From a virus, in IMG/VR virus record IMGVR_UViG_3300021420_000017, positions 32,001 through 96,000 of that record: a DNA stretch of 64,000 nucleotides; one strand, written 5' to 3'. A model generated the notes under the pieces. It did no database searches. It had not been told where the DNA came from and saw only the letters and a list, made by a program, of their open reading frames with translations. The position numbers were made by a program, and so were the translations under genes. Positions 27,194-36,367 of this stretch are shown here, in pieces; position 1 is the first letter of the stretch, and every line of letters begins with the position of its first letter.

Positions 27194-27405
27194 AGCTCCG
27201 GCGTAAGACCTTAGTGCGAACCCTGCAGTGCTTCGATTCGGTCGAGGTAGATGGTGTGAAGTACATCGTTGCGCGAGTATCTATTGATTACTCCAACGGT
27301 TCGGCGATGATCGATCTGCTCACTGAAGAGCAATGGAATCGACAGCATCGTTTGGGGATGCAGCGCACTGCGAGTCAGGCCCGGGATGAGGAGAAGATCG
27401 GCTGA
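27190..27405 (+). CDS. Hypothetical protein (71 aa)
   Basis: GTGA overlap. Confidence 0.55.
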   Translation: MKLRRKTLVRTLQCFDSVEVDGVKYIVARVSIDYSNGSAMIDLLTEEQWNRQHRLGMQRTASQARDEEKIG

Positions 27406-27953
27406 TGCCCATCCACGCGGCGATCTATCGCAGTAGTCACCCTGAGGTGCAGTTGGCTTGGGAGAAACAGCGCGCACATGCCACGGGATGGCGCGACGAC
27501 CTGCAGGACTTCTGCACGAAGTGGGGCATGGATCCCGACACGGCGCGCTCGATGATCCAACCTGATCGGGCTCTCCTCATGGGCTTCCGGTTGCCTCGCT
27601 CCCAGTCTCCAGCCGACGGTTGGCGGTGGGATAGCGCTTCACGTAACTGGGTCCCGGCGTTGCGCACCGAGCTGGGCAAGCAGATCAACTCTGACCTGAA
27701 GACGCTCGGCCCGGAGTTCGGGATCCGCTACTACCTGGATCGGGTGGGTATGCCCTCCAGCTTTTCGGGCGGAGGGGCGCGGCGCTGGAGTGGCGTGAAG
27801 CAAATCCTCGACACGACCTGGGTCCAGTGGAACTGGGAGATCGACATTGATGATCCGCGCTGGGAGCGGGTGAAGCTCTCCGACTACTGCCTGATGGTGG
27901 AGTCGGGCGAAGACCCATTATTCTTCGATGAGGAGAATGAAGACGATGACTAG
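27405..27953 (+). CDS. Hypothetical protein (182 aa)
   Basis: TGATG coupling. Confidence 0.7.
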   Translation: MPIHAAIYRSSHPEVQLAWEKQRAHATGWRDDLQDFCTKWGMDPDTARSMIQPDRALLMGFRLPRSQSPADGWRWDSASRNWVPALRTELGKQINSDLKTLGPEFGIRYYLDRVGMPSSFSGGGARRWSGVKQILDTTWVQWNWEIDIDDPRWERVKLSDYCLMVESGEDPLFFDEENEDDD

Positions 27954-28302
27954 CTTCTTGTTGGCTGATTACCAGCCCCAGGATGGCCGCAGGCTGGCGA
28001 TCATCGCCCCGAACCATGCTGAGGGCCAGTATTGGTTCAGCGAGGTCGAGAGCCATCTTCAGTGCCCGCTAGGGCCGCATGAGTACGTGCTGGTGACTGA
28101 GGCGAGCGACTTCCATGGCCTGGGCAATGTCGCGCTGCTGTGGTGCCCCGGTTGGTATCGCGGCAAGCACGGCCGAGGTGTCGATATCGCGCATACGGTC
28201 GCCAAGCTGAAGCTACGCGGCGAGGTCGAGGAGTTCTTTGTGGACGAGCTGCCCAGCGATCGCGCCGTCTTGGAGACGAGTATCCCGGAGCGCCGCGAGT
28301 GA
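27946..28302 (+). CDS. Hypothetical protein (118 aa)
   Basis: GAGGAG SD. Confidence 0.6.
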   Translation: MTSFLLADYQPQDGRRLAIIAPNHAEGQYWFSEVESHLQCPLGPHEYVLVTEASDFHGLGNVALLWCPGWYRGKHGRGVDIAHTVAKLKLRGEVEEFFVDELPSDRAVLETSIPERRE

Positions 28303-28598
28303 GTACGAGATGGGGGTTCGTCTGTGTGAGTCATGATCCTGAGTTGGGTGATCATGACATGGTCGGTGGCTCCGGTGATTATGGCAAGAACATCCTCATG
28401 GATCTGTGGAGTGTGCGCGCGACGTACGCTGCGCTCAATGACGATATCTTCCAGGATGCGGCTAACGGTTCGACCTATACTAGTGCTGTCTACTTTTTAC
28501 GTCAGCATCCTCGCTGCGTGCTCGTGATCGAGAGCGAATACGGCGACCGCTATGATCCAGTGAGCGGTCTCTATACGCAGAGTGAGAGGCGCACATGA
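28299..28598 (+). CDS. Hypothetical protein (99 aa)
   Basis: GTGA overlap. Confidence 0.6.
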   Translation: MSTRWGFVCVSHDPELGDHDMVGGSGDYGKNILMDLWSVRATYAALNDDIFQDAANGSTYTSAVYFLRQHPRCVLVIESEYGDRYDPVSGLYTQSERRT

Positions 28599-28963
28599 TC
28601 CTGCTGTTGCTCACTGCGATCGGGCTGACGAACGGCTCAGGCCGCTGGTATCTGTGGTGGTCGGGCTTTTTCGCTGACCTGACCATCTTCACCCTCGCCT
28701 ACGCGAACTGGAAGAAGCACAACTGCCACGATCATTGGTGCGCGCGGATCGGTCGGCACCCTGTGCTCGATGGCAAGTACCTGGTCTGTCGACGGCACCT
28801 CAACCAGATCCTGGGCCTCCCGAAGAGGCATCGGCTCAGCGTGCATCACATCAGAGACGAGCACAGAGTCAACACCACTGACGGGGCCTTCAAGGACCAC
28901 GTTGTCGCTGGCGAGATCATTACCACCGGAGCAGAGGGGCCGGACGGGTCGCATGTTGCTTAA
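28595..28963 (+). CDS. Membrane protein (122 aa)
   Basis: Hydrophobic N-terminus; HNCHDHWCARIGRH. Confidence 0.65.
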   Translation: MILLLLTAIGLTNGSGRWYLWWSGFFADLTIFTLAYANWKKHNCHDHWCARIGRHPVLDGKYLVCRRHLNQILGLPKRHRLSVHHIRDEHRVNTTDGAFKDHVVAGEIITTGAEGPDGSHVA

Positions 28964-29558
28964 CGACGGAGACATCCTCCATGCCTTGAAAGATCAGTCG
29001 CTCAGCATTGAGCCGTTCGATTTGAGTCAGATCCAGCCCTCCAGTGTCGATCTACACCTGGGCAACGAGTTCGCCATTGTGAACGACAACGACGGCAAGA
29101 CTATGTACCTGAAGCATGACAATTCTGAGCGTCTTATCCGAATGTCTGTTCCGGCTGGAGATTACTTCGTTCTCCAGCCGGAACATTTCGTGCTGGCTAC
29201 CACCGTTGAACGGGTGCGCCTCGGCAACACCTTGGCCGCGCGGGTGGAGGGTAAGAGCAGCCTGGGGCGCCTCGGCTTGGTGGTTCATTCGACCGCTGGG
29301 TTCATCGATCCGGGTTTCGAGGGCCAGGTCACCTTGGAGCTGGCAAATCTCCTCCAGGTGCCGATCGCGCTTTACCCGGGCATGCCGGTGTGTCAGCTTG
29401 CGATCTTCATGCTCAGCAGTGCTGCTCTGACTCCGTATCGGGGCAAGTATCAGCATCAGACCGGGCCTCAAGGCAGCCAGTATCACCGCAATTTCGAGCC
29501 CGCAATGAAGCGTGAGTTCAAGACGCTGCTGCGAGAAGTAGTGGACGGATCAGAATGA
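28953..29558 (+). CDS. dcd: dCTP deaminase
   Basis: QIQPSSVDLHLG; ARVEGKSSLGRLGL; AGFIDPGFEGQVTLEL; YRGKYQHQ. Confidence 0.95.
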   Translation: MLLNDGDILHALKDQSLSIEPFDLSQIQPSSVDLHLGNEFAIVNDNDGKTMYLKHDNSERLIRMSVPAGDYFVLQPEHFVLATTVERVRLGNTLAARVEGKSSLGRLGLVVHSTAGFIDPGFEGQVTLELANLLQVPIALYPGMPVCQLAIFMLSSAALTPYRGKYQHQTGPQGSQYHRNFEPAMKREFKTLLREVVDGSE

Positions 29559-29806
29559 CCGACGGGCATAGGGCGGCTGAACCCGAGAAGGGCCTCCAGC
29601 GGATGTTCCGGGAGGCGCGAGAGCGAGATACCCGGCGCTCGCCGTTCTCCTACTGTGTCACGATTGAGGACGGCTTGGATGGTTTCGCGATCCACCATGC
29701 CGACTGCCCGAGCGCCGGTGAGGCGTGGCACAGCGGTTCAACTTGCATCGGCGGGGCCGCTCGACGCTACAGCGGGCCGTCGCAGCCGTGGGAGGCGCTG
29801 GGATGA
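29555..29806 (+). CDS. Hypothetical protein (83 aa)
   Basis: ATGA overlap. Confidence 0.55.
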   Translation: MTDGHRAAEPEKGLQRMFREARERDTRRSPFSYCVTIEDGLDGFAIHHADCPSAGEAWHSGSTCIGGAARRYSGPSQPWEALG

Positions 29807-30102
29807 CTAGCCCAGATCGCCCGCTCCACGGGGCTGTGGTGACCTACCTGGGCAGCTATTGGACTTTCGATGGCGTTTATGGTTACTGGCACGGTCGTGG
29901 CTCTGCTGATCAGCGAAGTGGGGCCTTCGGTGTCGCGCGTGAAGGCGGTAGCTTTGCCGATACGCTGCTAGCGAAGTGGGTGGCCCACCTCGATAAGGAC
30001 TTAGAATGGGGGGCGGGCAATGATCGAGTGGATCGTCAATGTGTGTCGCATCGCGTGGGTCAACATGTTGGTGTCGCATCGACTGTGGACACCCAGAAGT
30101 AA
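29803..30102 (+). CDS. Hypothetical protein (99 aa)
   Basis: ATGA overlap; GGAGG SD. Confidence 0.5.
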   Translation: MTSPDRPLHGAVVTYLGSYWTFDGVYGYWHGRGSADQRSGAFGVAREGGSFADTLLAKWVAHLDKDLEWGAGNDRVDRQCVSHRVGQHVGVASTVDTQK

Positions 30103-30413
30103 GAGGCGATCGGACATCACGCCGGAGATGTTGTTCGCTAAGCCGATCATGAGTTGCGCCTACTGTCATCACCGATTCCCGAGTCCCATCAGACCCAGTG
30201 AGCTGGTCTTTCATATCCGAGATGAGTGTCCGTGAGGAGCCCGGAGGAGGCGCGCGAGATCGCTTCTCTGAGTGGTTTCAGGCGCGAGTTGTATGAGTGG
30301 CTTCGCTTACGACGCAAGACCCATAGTGACGCTTTTCGGGCCGCCAGTCTCCGCTGCTGCAATCCTGAGACTGGCTCCGGCCACACCGAGGAATGTCGGG
30401 CGAGTTGGTCCTT

Positions 30414-30740
30414 GTGAGCACTGACAGCATGTTCGATATCCAGATGGGCATCTACCGCCACTACAAGGGACCGCTCTACCAGGTGATCGGGCTGGCCCAT
30501 GACGCGAACGCGATGGACCTGTTCGTGAGTGAGGCCAGCAAGTTTGGGTGCGGCCAGCACTGCTACCTCGGTGAGCGCACGGTGGTGGTCTACATGCCGC
30601 TCCAGCTCGACGGCGCGCACCCGGGGCCGAGAATGGCCGTCCGGACGCTAGAAGACTTCGTGGCTCGCGTCGGGCCGAGGAAGATGACCAAGCGGTTCGA
30701 GTACCTCGGCCCCGTTCTGATTGCCGAGATGCTCCAATGA
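30414..30740 (+). CDS. DUF1653-family protein
   Basis: GIYRHYKGPLYQVIGLAHD...VVVYMPL...MAVRTLEDF. Confidence 0.8.
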   Translation: MSTDSMFDIQMGIYRHYKGPLYQVIGLAHDANAMDLFVSEASKFGCGQHCYLGERTVVVYMPLQLDGAHPGPRMAVRTLEDFVARVGPRKMTKRFEYLGPVLIAEMLQ

Positions 30741-30917
30741 CGCGCAGGCGAGCGCCCCGGTGAGTCAGGAGCGCCTTTCGATTTTCAATGCGGATCGCTG
30801 TGCGTGTCAGTTAGGGTTCTGCCAGAACAGGGCGACAGTAGATTGCTTGTGTGACAGTTGCTGGCTAGAGTACTCAGCGATGCGAAACATGTACTTAACC
30901 TCTGAGGAGTGGCACTG

Positions 30918-31268
30918 ATGAGCCAGACTGATCCTGATGAAGCAAAAGAGGATGAGCCGATCAACTACATGGATATCAAGGAGTTCCGTGAGTTAGGATT
31001 CCTGCAAGAGGTGAATCGACTCTTCTTTCATCCCCTAGGTCTAGCACTAGAGGTGGTAGTAGAAGAGGACGGAGATGAACACCTAGGCGGCATCTGGGAC
31101 TACCGCGATGATCCTGAGGGCATAATATTTCTCGGTGGAGCAATCGATGAGAGCAAGGCAGTTCGAGTGATCGAGGAGCGGGCACGACACGCTCCAGCCC
31201 GCATGAAGATGTTCGGTCAAGTCATTCAGCCAGGCGATCTGGGCGACCGCGCTGAGAGTTCTCCGTGA
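30918..31268 (+). CDS. Phage hypothetical protein (116 aa)
   Basis: IKEFRELGFLQEVNRLFFHPLGLALEV; GAGGAG SD. Confidence 0.75.
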   Translation: MSQTDPDEAKEDEPINYMDIKEFRELGFLQEVNRLFFHPLGLALEVVVEEDGDEHLGGIWDYRDDPEGIIFLGGAIDESKAVRVIEERARHAPARMKMFGQVIQPGDLGDRAESSP

Positions 31269-31687
31269 TCTTCTGGGATCATGGACGGGTGTTGATCGAT
31301 ATTGGCATTGGAGCCGGATTCGGTTCGTTCAATTGGTGGCGGCGCAACTCGATGGCGCAGATGCAGTTCGTCACCCTTGCCTGCGCTGCGCTTCTGGCGA
31401 TATGCGCAGTCTTGGTCGTGGTGTGGACCAATGTGTTCCCGTACGGTTGTTCTATCCAGGTAATCGTGTTTCTTGCTATCTATTGGCGTAACGGGCCGCG
31501 TGGTCGGAAGAGGATCGCCAAGCTGATCGGTGCGAAGGCCAAGGCCGAAGTCGTCCCCAGTCCGTTCTCCGGTGAGCGCATGATGCGCTGTGCGATCTGT
31601 GGAGGACGGGTGTGGTTTGCGTGGCTGTGGAGATCGAGGTTCCACCAGATATGCGCCGACATCTATCTGCGTGATCGATTGCGCTAG
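31265..31687 (+). CDS. Membrane protein (140 aa)
   Basis: Two to three hydrophobic segments. Confidence 0.6.
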   Translation: MIFWDHGRVLIDIGIGAGFGSFNWWRRNSMAQMQFVTLACAALLAICAVLVVVWTNVFPYGCSIQVIVFLAIYWRNGPRGRKRIAKLIGAKAKAEVVPSPFSGERMMRCAICGGRVWFAWLWRSRFHQICADIYLRDRLR

Positions 31688-31688
31688 C

Positions 31689-31868
31689 ATGGGCGCCATG
31701 ATGATCGAACCTGATTCCCAGACACCCGAAGACGACACATCCTTCTGGGAGTCCCAGCCCGGCGTGCACGAGGACATCGACTCCGGTCGAGCAGCAGCAC
31801 CTGACGAGCTGTACGACGAATCGGCAGTGCGGCGACGCTACGGTGTTGCAACCCCCGACGGGCAATGA
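31689..31868 (+). CDS. Small acidic protein (59 aa)
   Basis: Last ORF before the convergent operon. Confidence 0.45.
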   Translation: MGAMMIEPDSQTPEDDTSFWESQPGVHEDIDSGRAAAPDELYDESAVRRRYGVATPDGQ

Positions 31869-31874
31869 GCAGAC

Positions 31875-32150
31875 CTAGTCCACAGGGACTAGTAGTTCTG
31901 TCACGGGGCGGACCTCAGCAACACTGCCTATTTCGCATCGAAAGATAGTGCGTGACGTCTCGTCTCTCTGGTAAGACTCCACCGCCTTGTTCTGGTGGGG
32001 CGTGATCAGTTCTACGGCGAAGTCACCCGGGCCTAGTGTTTTGAGCACTACGTAGACACGGTTGCTTATAGCGTTGCGAGCGTCTCCGGGAGTGGCTTTC
32101 CTTGATGTCATCACTGAGGTTCGATTCCAATCGTTGGGTTTCATTCTCAT
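31875..32150 (-). CDS. Hypothetical protein (91 aa), last gene of the NAD operon
   Basis: ATGA overlap with the nrtR-like stop. Confidence 0.5.
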   Translation of the reverse strand: MRMKPNDWNRTSVMTSRKATPGDARNAISNRVYVVLKTLGPGDFAVELITPHQNKAVESYQRDETSRTIFRCEIGSVAEVRPVTELLVPVD

Positions 32151-32794
32151 GGCGTGAAACGCCACCATGCTTGAGGGCGCCCAGGCTGGCCTGAGACCCG
32201 GATAGATGATGGCTCGATCCTCTCTAGGAACGGCGTTCTCGTGAGCAGGCGATGGATGGTGGAGCGGCGCTGCTTCTCTCCATAGACAGCATCCACCAGG
32301 CGGGTCATCTGCCCGGTGCTGAACTCGGCTCCCAGTAGCGCTTCCAGCGCGTACCGATCGGCCCAGACCAGCTCGCGGAGCTTGAGTAGCGCACTGGCGA
32401 TGATGGCGTTGTGGTCGAAGGGCAGCTCGGGGAGCGCGTCGGCATTGAGGGCGAGCCAGGTACAGGGCCAGTGAAAGAAGTGCCCTCGCTGATGAATAAT
32501 GGCGATGCAAGAGATAGCGACCGTTGGGCCTCTCACATCGCGCTTGGGAGTGTCATGCACCTGATTGACGATCAGGTAGTCGGTTTCATGCAGGGTGACT
32601 CTCAGTTTGATATCTAGGGCTCTCGTAGCAGCTTCTAGAACGGTCTCGTCCTGGAACATTAGGACTCCGGGCAGCGCTAGTTCGCCCCAGTGCGGCTCGT
32701 TGGCCCTGAGGTTAAGCCCGATGCTTAGCCCCCGGTCGGCGTGGTAGCGCAGGGCCACCACGTCGACCGAGAGCATGGGGTTGGATTCAGTCAC
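32147..32794 (-). CDS. nrtR: NrtR-like regulator (degenerate Nudix plus wHTH)
   Basis: SVDVVAL..R..EP..G.LALPG...ET...A.RAL; LPFDH..II; C-terminal GRP wing. Confidence 0.75.
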   Translation of the reverse strand: MTESNPMLSVDVVALRYHADRGLSIGLNLRANEPHWGELALPGVLMFQDETVLEAATRALDIKLRVTLHETDYLIVNQVHDTPKRDVRGPTVAISCIAIIHQRGHFFHWPCTWLALNADALPELPFDHNAIIASALLKLRELVWADRYALEALLGAEFSTGQMTRLVDAVYGEKQRRSTIHRLLTRTPFLERIEPSSIRVSGQPGRPQAWWRFTP

Positions 32795-34321
32795 TTAGTT
32801 GCGCCAGGCTTCGTAGTCGGCTGTCCCTGCGCGCAGGGTGGCCCTCACGCTGGCGAAGCTCTGTGACCAGATGAACTGCCCGTCCTCCCAAACCGGTCGC
32901 AGCAGGCTCTGGGATTCTTGAGCTGGGCTCGCGCACTCATCGAGGTAGTAGCCAGCCTTGTCGTAGCCCGCGCGGACCGCCAGACGCCCCGTGGCGGACT
33001 TCTTGATGCCGTCGTCGGTGATCGGGTCCTTGAACAGGTTGTGGCCCTCTCCGTCGATCTCAGCCCAGGTCGCCTTCATCGCGAAGCCGAAGGTGTCGCG
33101 GGTCACGTGCTGGTAGGAGAAGGAGCCCACGCCCAGGACGATGTTGGTCGAGGCGAAGCCCTTGGCAGCCAGCCGCTCGGTCATCTGCTGCGCCCGGTCG
33201 TAGTTGATCGAGTCGCCGTAGATCATGCCGATGTGGGGGTCCAGCTCTTTGTAGCCCGCCTCGTTGACCGGGCCGCCGAAGGTCTCCCACAGCAGCTCGG
33301 CGACGCCCTTCTCGGCGGGGGTGCGATCATCGGTGACGATCTGGTTGGGGCTGCCCCACGGATCTTCTTGGGGTGCAAATTTGGTCCCACAGATGATGTC
33401 GACCGGGTTCCCACTGTCGGGCCTGATGACGAGCTTGCCGTCGCGGGCCATGATGCGGTCCTTGAGCTTGGGCAGGATCTCGGTTAATACTTTCCAGAGA
33501 TCCCAGGTATCTGAAACAACCGAGACGATACCGCTTGGGTAGAGGTCGAGCAGGCGCTCGAAGGTGGCAAGCTCGTCTTCCTTGCTTCCGGCACACATGA
33601 CCGAATGCTCCGTTGCAGCCACACTTCCACCTACGAGTCCGTTATCGCCGGGGTAGAAGTTCTCGACGTACTCCAGCGCGGGGATGGAGTCAGTGCCCGT
33701 GAAGCTGAGCAGGTGGCCCGCGCCTGAGGCAGCAGCGGCCTCTATGCTGGCCATCCCGCGCAGGCTGAAGTCGTGGCCCTGCCAATCCACTGCGGCAGCC
33801 GGAGCACCCGTCTCCCGGGCGCGCCAGTCGAGCAGACGACGCAGGTGCCAAGCCGTGGTGGCCGAGGTGCAGGGCATCCAGATCTGGGCTGATAGGACGG
33901 ACTCGATGTAGTTGACCAGCCAGAAGAAGTCCGGGTGGGTGTTCTCGACCGTGAACATCGGCACCCGCAGTGGGGTGAGCGTGCCCTCGGGCAGGGCGCA
34001 GAAGCGCAGTGGCAGGTAACCCAACCGGTGCAGCGCGCGGATGTGCTCGGTGCCGATGTCGTTGGGCCCGAGCACTGCTGTGGTCATGGCCTCGTACTCG
34101 CGCGCCACGTCGGCCTCCTCGCGGCTGAACCACCGCTCGAACTGGTCGATGCAGTAGTCCTGCAGGAAGGCCTGTAGGCCGAAGAAGACGACCCGATCCA
34201 CGCCCTCGACCCGGCTGGAACGAGGGGTGAAGTTGGAGTAGACCCGTGTAGTCTTGTCCGGGTATTGGCGCCTATGATCGAGCTTGTACGCATCTATCGC
34301 TTGCATCGGGTTGAACTGCAT
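32795..34321 (-). CDS. nadV: Nicotinamide phosphoribosyltransferase family (NadV/Namat-like)
   Basis: DAYKLDH..QYP; DFSLRG; ATEHSVMC; VSDTWD; IRPDSG; YGDSI; GVGSF; KDPITD. Confidence 0.95.
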   Translation of the reverse strand: MQFNPMQAIDAYKLDHRRQYPDKTTRVYSNFTPRSSRVEGVDRVVFFGLQAFLQDYCIDQFERWFSREEADVAREYEAMTTAVLGPNDIGTEHIRALHRLGYLPLRFCALPEGTLTPLRVPMFTVENTHPDFFWLVNYIESVLSAQIWMPCTSATTAWHLRRLLDWRARETGAPAAAVDWQGHDFSLRGMASIEAAAASGAGHLLSFTGTDSIPALEYVENFYPGDNGLVGGSVAATEHSVMCAGSKEDELATFERLLDLYPSGIVSVVSDTWDLWKVLTEILPKLKDRIMARDGKLVIRPDSGNPVDIICGTKFAPQEDPWGSPNQIVTDDRTPAEKGVAELLWETFGGPVNEAGYKELDPHIGMIYGDSINYDRAQQMTERLAAKGFASTNIVLGVGSFSYQHVTRDTFGFAMKATWAEIDGEGHNLFKDPITDDGIKKSATGRLAVRAGYDKAGYYLDECASPAQESQSLLRPVWEDGQFIWSQSFASVRATLRAGTADYEAWRN

Positions 34322-35193
34322 CAGGACTCCTGGAGAGTGATGTGGTTGATGAGGGTGCCGAAGAGCGACTTGACTAGTGCCGGGTAGGTATGCGAATCGG
34401 AGCCAGGATGGGAGTCGGTGGTGTGGATCGCGCCGTAGTTGGCACTGAGCTTCTCGAAGCCAGCGGAGAAGATCCCGTGGCTGACCCAGAGTGCTAGTTG
34501 CTCGCGCGGAACGTTGATGGCTTCGGCGAGGCCCAGGAAGGTTCCCCCGCCATCGCAGATGTCATCCACGACGAGGAACGACACGCCTTCGGGTAGGGGT
34601 TCACAGGTGAAGCCCGAGAGCTTGCCGGTGACGAAGTCGCGGTGCTTCATGGCCTGGTAGACGGGAACGTCGAGCTGATTTGCGACCAGTTCTGCGCGCT
34701 TGCGTGCGCCTACGTCCGGGCAGATCACTCCAGCGAACGGCTCATCGTAGGGATCCAGGGAGTACGCCAGACTGTGCCAGAACTCGCTGCTGAGATTGTT
34801 AAGCCCCACCACGGTCAGGTTGTTGATCAGAGCGGGCATGACATCGGAGTGGGGATCGAAGCAGATGATCTGCTCCAGCCCTAGTGAGTTGAGGAAGTCC
34901 GCGTAGACCTTGGCTCCGAGTGGGATCCCACGGTCCTGACGCGCGCCGGGCAGGTAGGGGATCAGTGCGATCCGCTTGTGTCCGACCCGCCTCATTGCAT
35001 CGGCCCACATGGCGAGCTTCATCAGGTCGTCGCCTGAGGCTCCGCGCAGGTAGGCGACCTGGATGGGCCAATCACTGGCTCCTGCCGCTGGAAGGTGGGC
35101 TTCTCCGCCCGGGAATTGGATAAAGCGATGATGTGCTTCGCGGATCGGCCTCCCGGCTTGGTCGTGGGGGGTCTCGTACAGGTCGATTGACAT
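34321..35193 (-). CDS. prs: Ribose-phosphate pyrophosphokinase family (Prs/Adps-like)
   Basis: FPGGE; PYLPGARQDR; DPHS; PDVGA; VVDDICDGGGTF; HGIFS. Confidence 0.92.
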   Translation of the reverse strand: MSIDLYETPHDQAGRPIREAHHRFIQFPGGEAHLPAAGASDWPIQVAYLRGASGDDLMKLAMWADAMRRVGHKRIALIPYLPGARQDRGIPLGAKVYADFLNSLGLEQIICFDPHSDVMPALINNLTVVGLNNLSSEFWHSLAYSLDPYDEPFAGVICPDVGARKRAELVANQLDVPVYQAMKHRDFVTGKLSGFTCEPLPEGVSFLVVDDICDGGGTFLGLAEAINVPREQLALWVSHGIFSAGFEKLSANYGAIHTTDSHPGSDSHTYPALVKSLFGTLINHITLQES

Positions 35194-35231
35194 GGGCCGA
35201 ACCGTAGCAGATAAAACTCACGGTGAGTCAA
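35194..35231 (-). promoter_or_regulatory. Leaderless promoter of the prs operon with a palindrome between -35 and -10
   Basis: TTGACT...TACGGT, 7 nt to ATG; ACTCAC-G-GTGAGT at 35216-35228. Confidence 0.5.
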
Positions 35232-35263
35232 ACTGCGTGGTAGGACACATAGTTGCGTTCCGC

Positions 35264-35312
35264 TTTGTACTCAGCGCAAGTCACGATATGTTCTCATGCA
35301 AATCGTCGCCAA
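35264..35312 (+). promoter_or_regulatory. Promoter plus GTCGCCAA box
   Basis: TTTGTA-CTC, 17-bp spacer, TATGTT; box at 35305. Confidence 0.6.
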
Positions 35313-35339
35313 TCCAGACTTCACATAGGAGTGAGCGCA

Positions 35340-35531
35340 GTGGTCTCTACCGGCGTGCTGCCCGATTATCTGATCTGGGCCGGGGTCGCGGGTCTCATGT
35401 TCGTGATCGGAGGCGGGCTGGTCGCTGCTCTATCTGATCACGATCACGCAGACCCTCTTCATGTTGAAGAGGGTGCTCAGGCGCAGTCGAGGGTACAAGG
35501 TTTGATACTCATGATCGAACCGCTAGGCTGA
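35340..35531 (+). CDS. 63-aa single-TM protein
   Basis: AGGAG SD; LIWAGVAGLMFVIGGGLVAAL. Confidence 0.6.
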   Translation: MVSTGVLPDYLIWAGVAGLMFVIGGGLVAALSDHDHADPLHVEEGAQAQSRVQGLILMIEPLG

Positions 35532-35543
35532 TCGCATCGCCAA
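35502..35543 (+). promoter_or_regulatory. Promoter plus variant ATCGCCAA box
   Basis: TTGATA-CTC, 16-bp spacer, TAGGCT. Confidence 0.65.
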
Positions 35544-35563
35544 CCGAGGAATGAGACGAACTG

Positions 35564-36367
35564 ATGAGTAAGCCAAACCCCAACGCTCGACCGGTAGTCG
35601 AGCCCGTGGTCGAGGGTCGCTACGAGACGCATCCTGCCTTCGGTCACATCTACGTCAATCGGGTGTCCTCCAACCCCGGTGCGGTGCTGTTCGACTCCGA
35701 CATCAAGCACCAGCACTACATGACCCTCCGGCTCTCCACCGCTGAACGGAAGCGGGACCTCAGCCAGGACTGGATCAACCCGCGAGAGCGCCTGTTTGAG
35801 GTGGCGATGAGCGAGGCGCAGTGGGCCAGTTTCGTCAGCTCTGTTGGCTCCTCCGGCGTGCCGTGCACGATCGTGTCCACGCCGGATCAACACCGCGTGC
35901 CGGGGCTGCCATTCGCGCCTCGGACGGCTGAGTCGATGGCCGAGGTGCGGGGAGCGGCGGACAAGGCATACGGGAAGATCAAGGCTGCGCTGACGCAGTA
36001 CGAGAACACGCCGAGCGTGCCCAAGAAGGCCAAGGACGCTGCGTTGAGCAATCTGCACTTAGCGATCCACCACGCCACGGCTGACGTCGCCTTTGTGGGC
36101 AAAAGCCTGGTCGAGCACACCGAGAACGTGGTCCAGTGCGCCCGCGCGGACATCGAGGCGATGGTCGTCCAGCACGCTCAGCAGATCGGGATCGACCCGG
36201 CGAATGTCACCGCGCCGCTGATCTTGGAGTCGGGCAATGATGCCAACCTGGCAGAGCGCACACAGCACACGCCATGGCGTGTCGATTCCCGTCTGGTCGA
36301 CCGAGATGGTCTGGTGTTGCCGGACGTCAATACTGTTCGGGTCGACTTCCCGGATTCGATTGTCTGA
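35564..36367 (+). CDS. Phage hypothetical protein (267 aa)
   Basis: Long ORF with strong GC3. Confidence 0.8.
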   Translation: MSKPNPNARPVVEPVVEGRYETHPAFGHIYVNRVSSNPGAVLFDSDIKHQHYMTLRLSTAERKRDLSQDWINPRERLFEVAMSEAQWASFVSSVGSSGVPCTIVSTPDQHRVPGLPFAPRTAESMAEVRGAADKAYGKIKAALTQYENTPSVPKKAKDAALSNLHLAIHHATADVAFVGKSLVEHTENVVQCARADIEAMVVQHAQQIGIDPANVTAPLILESGNDANLAERTQHTPWRVDSRLVDRDGLVLPDVNTVRVDFPDSIV

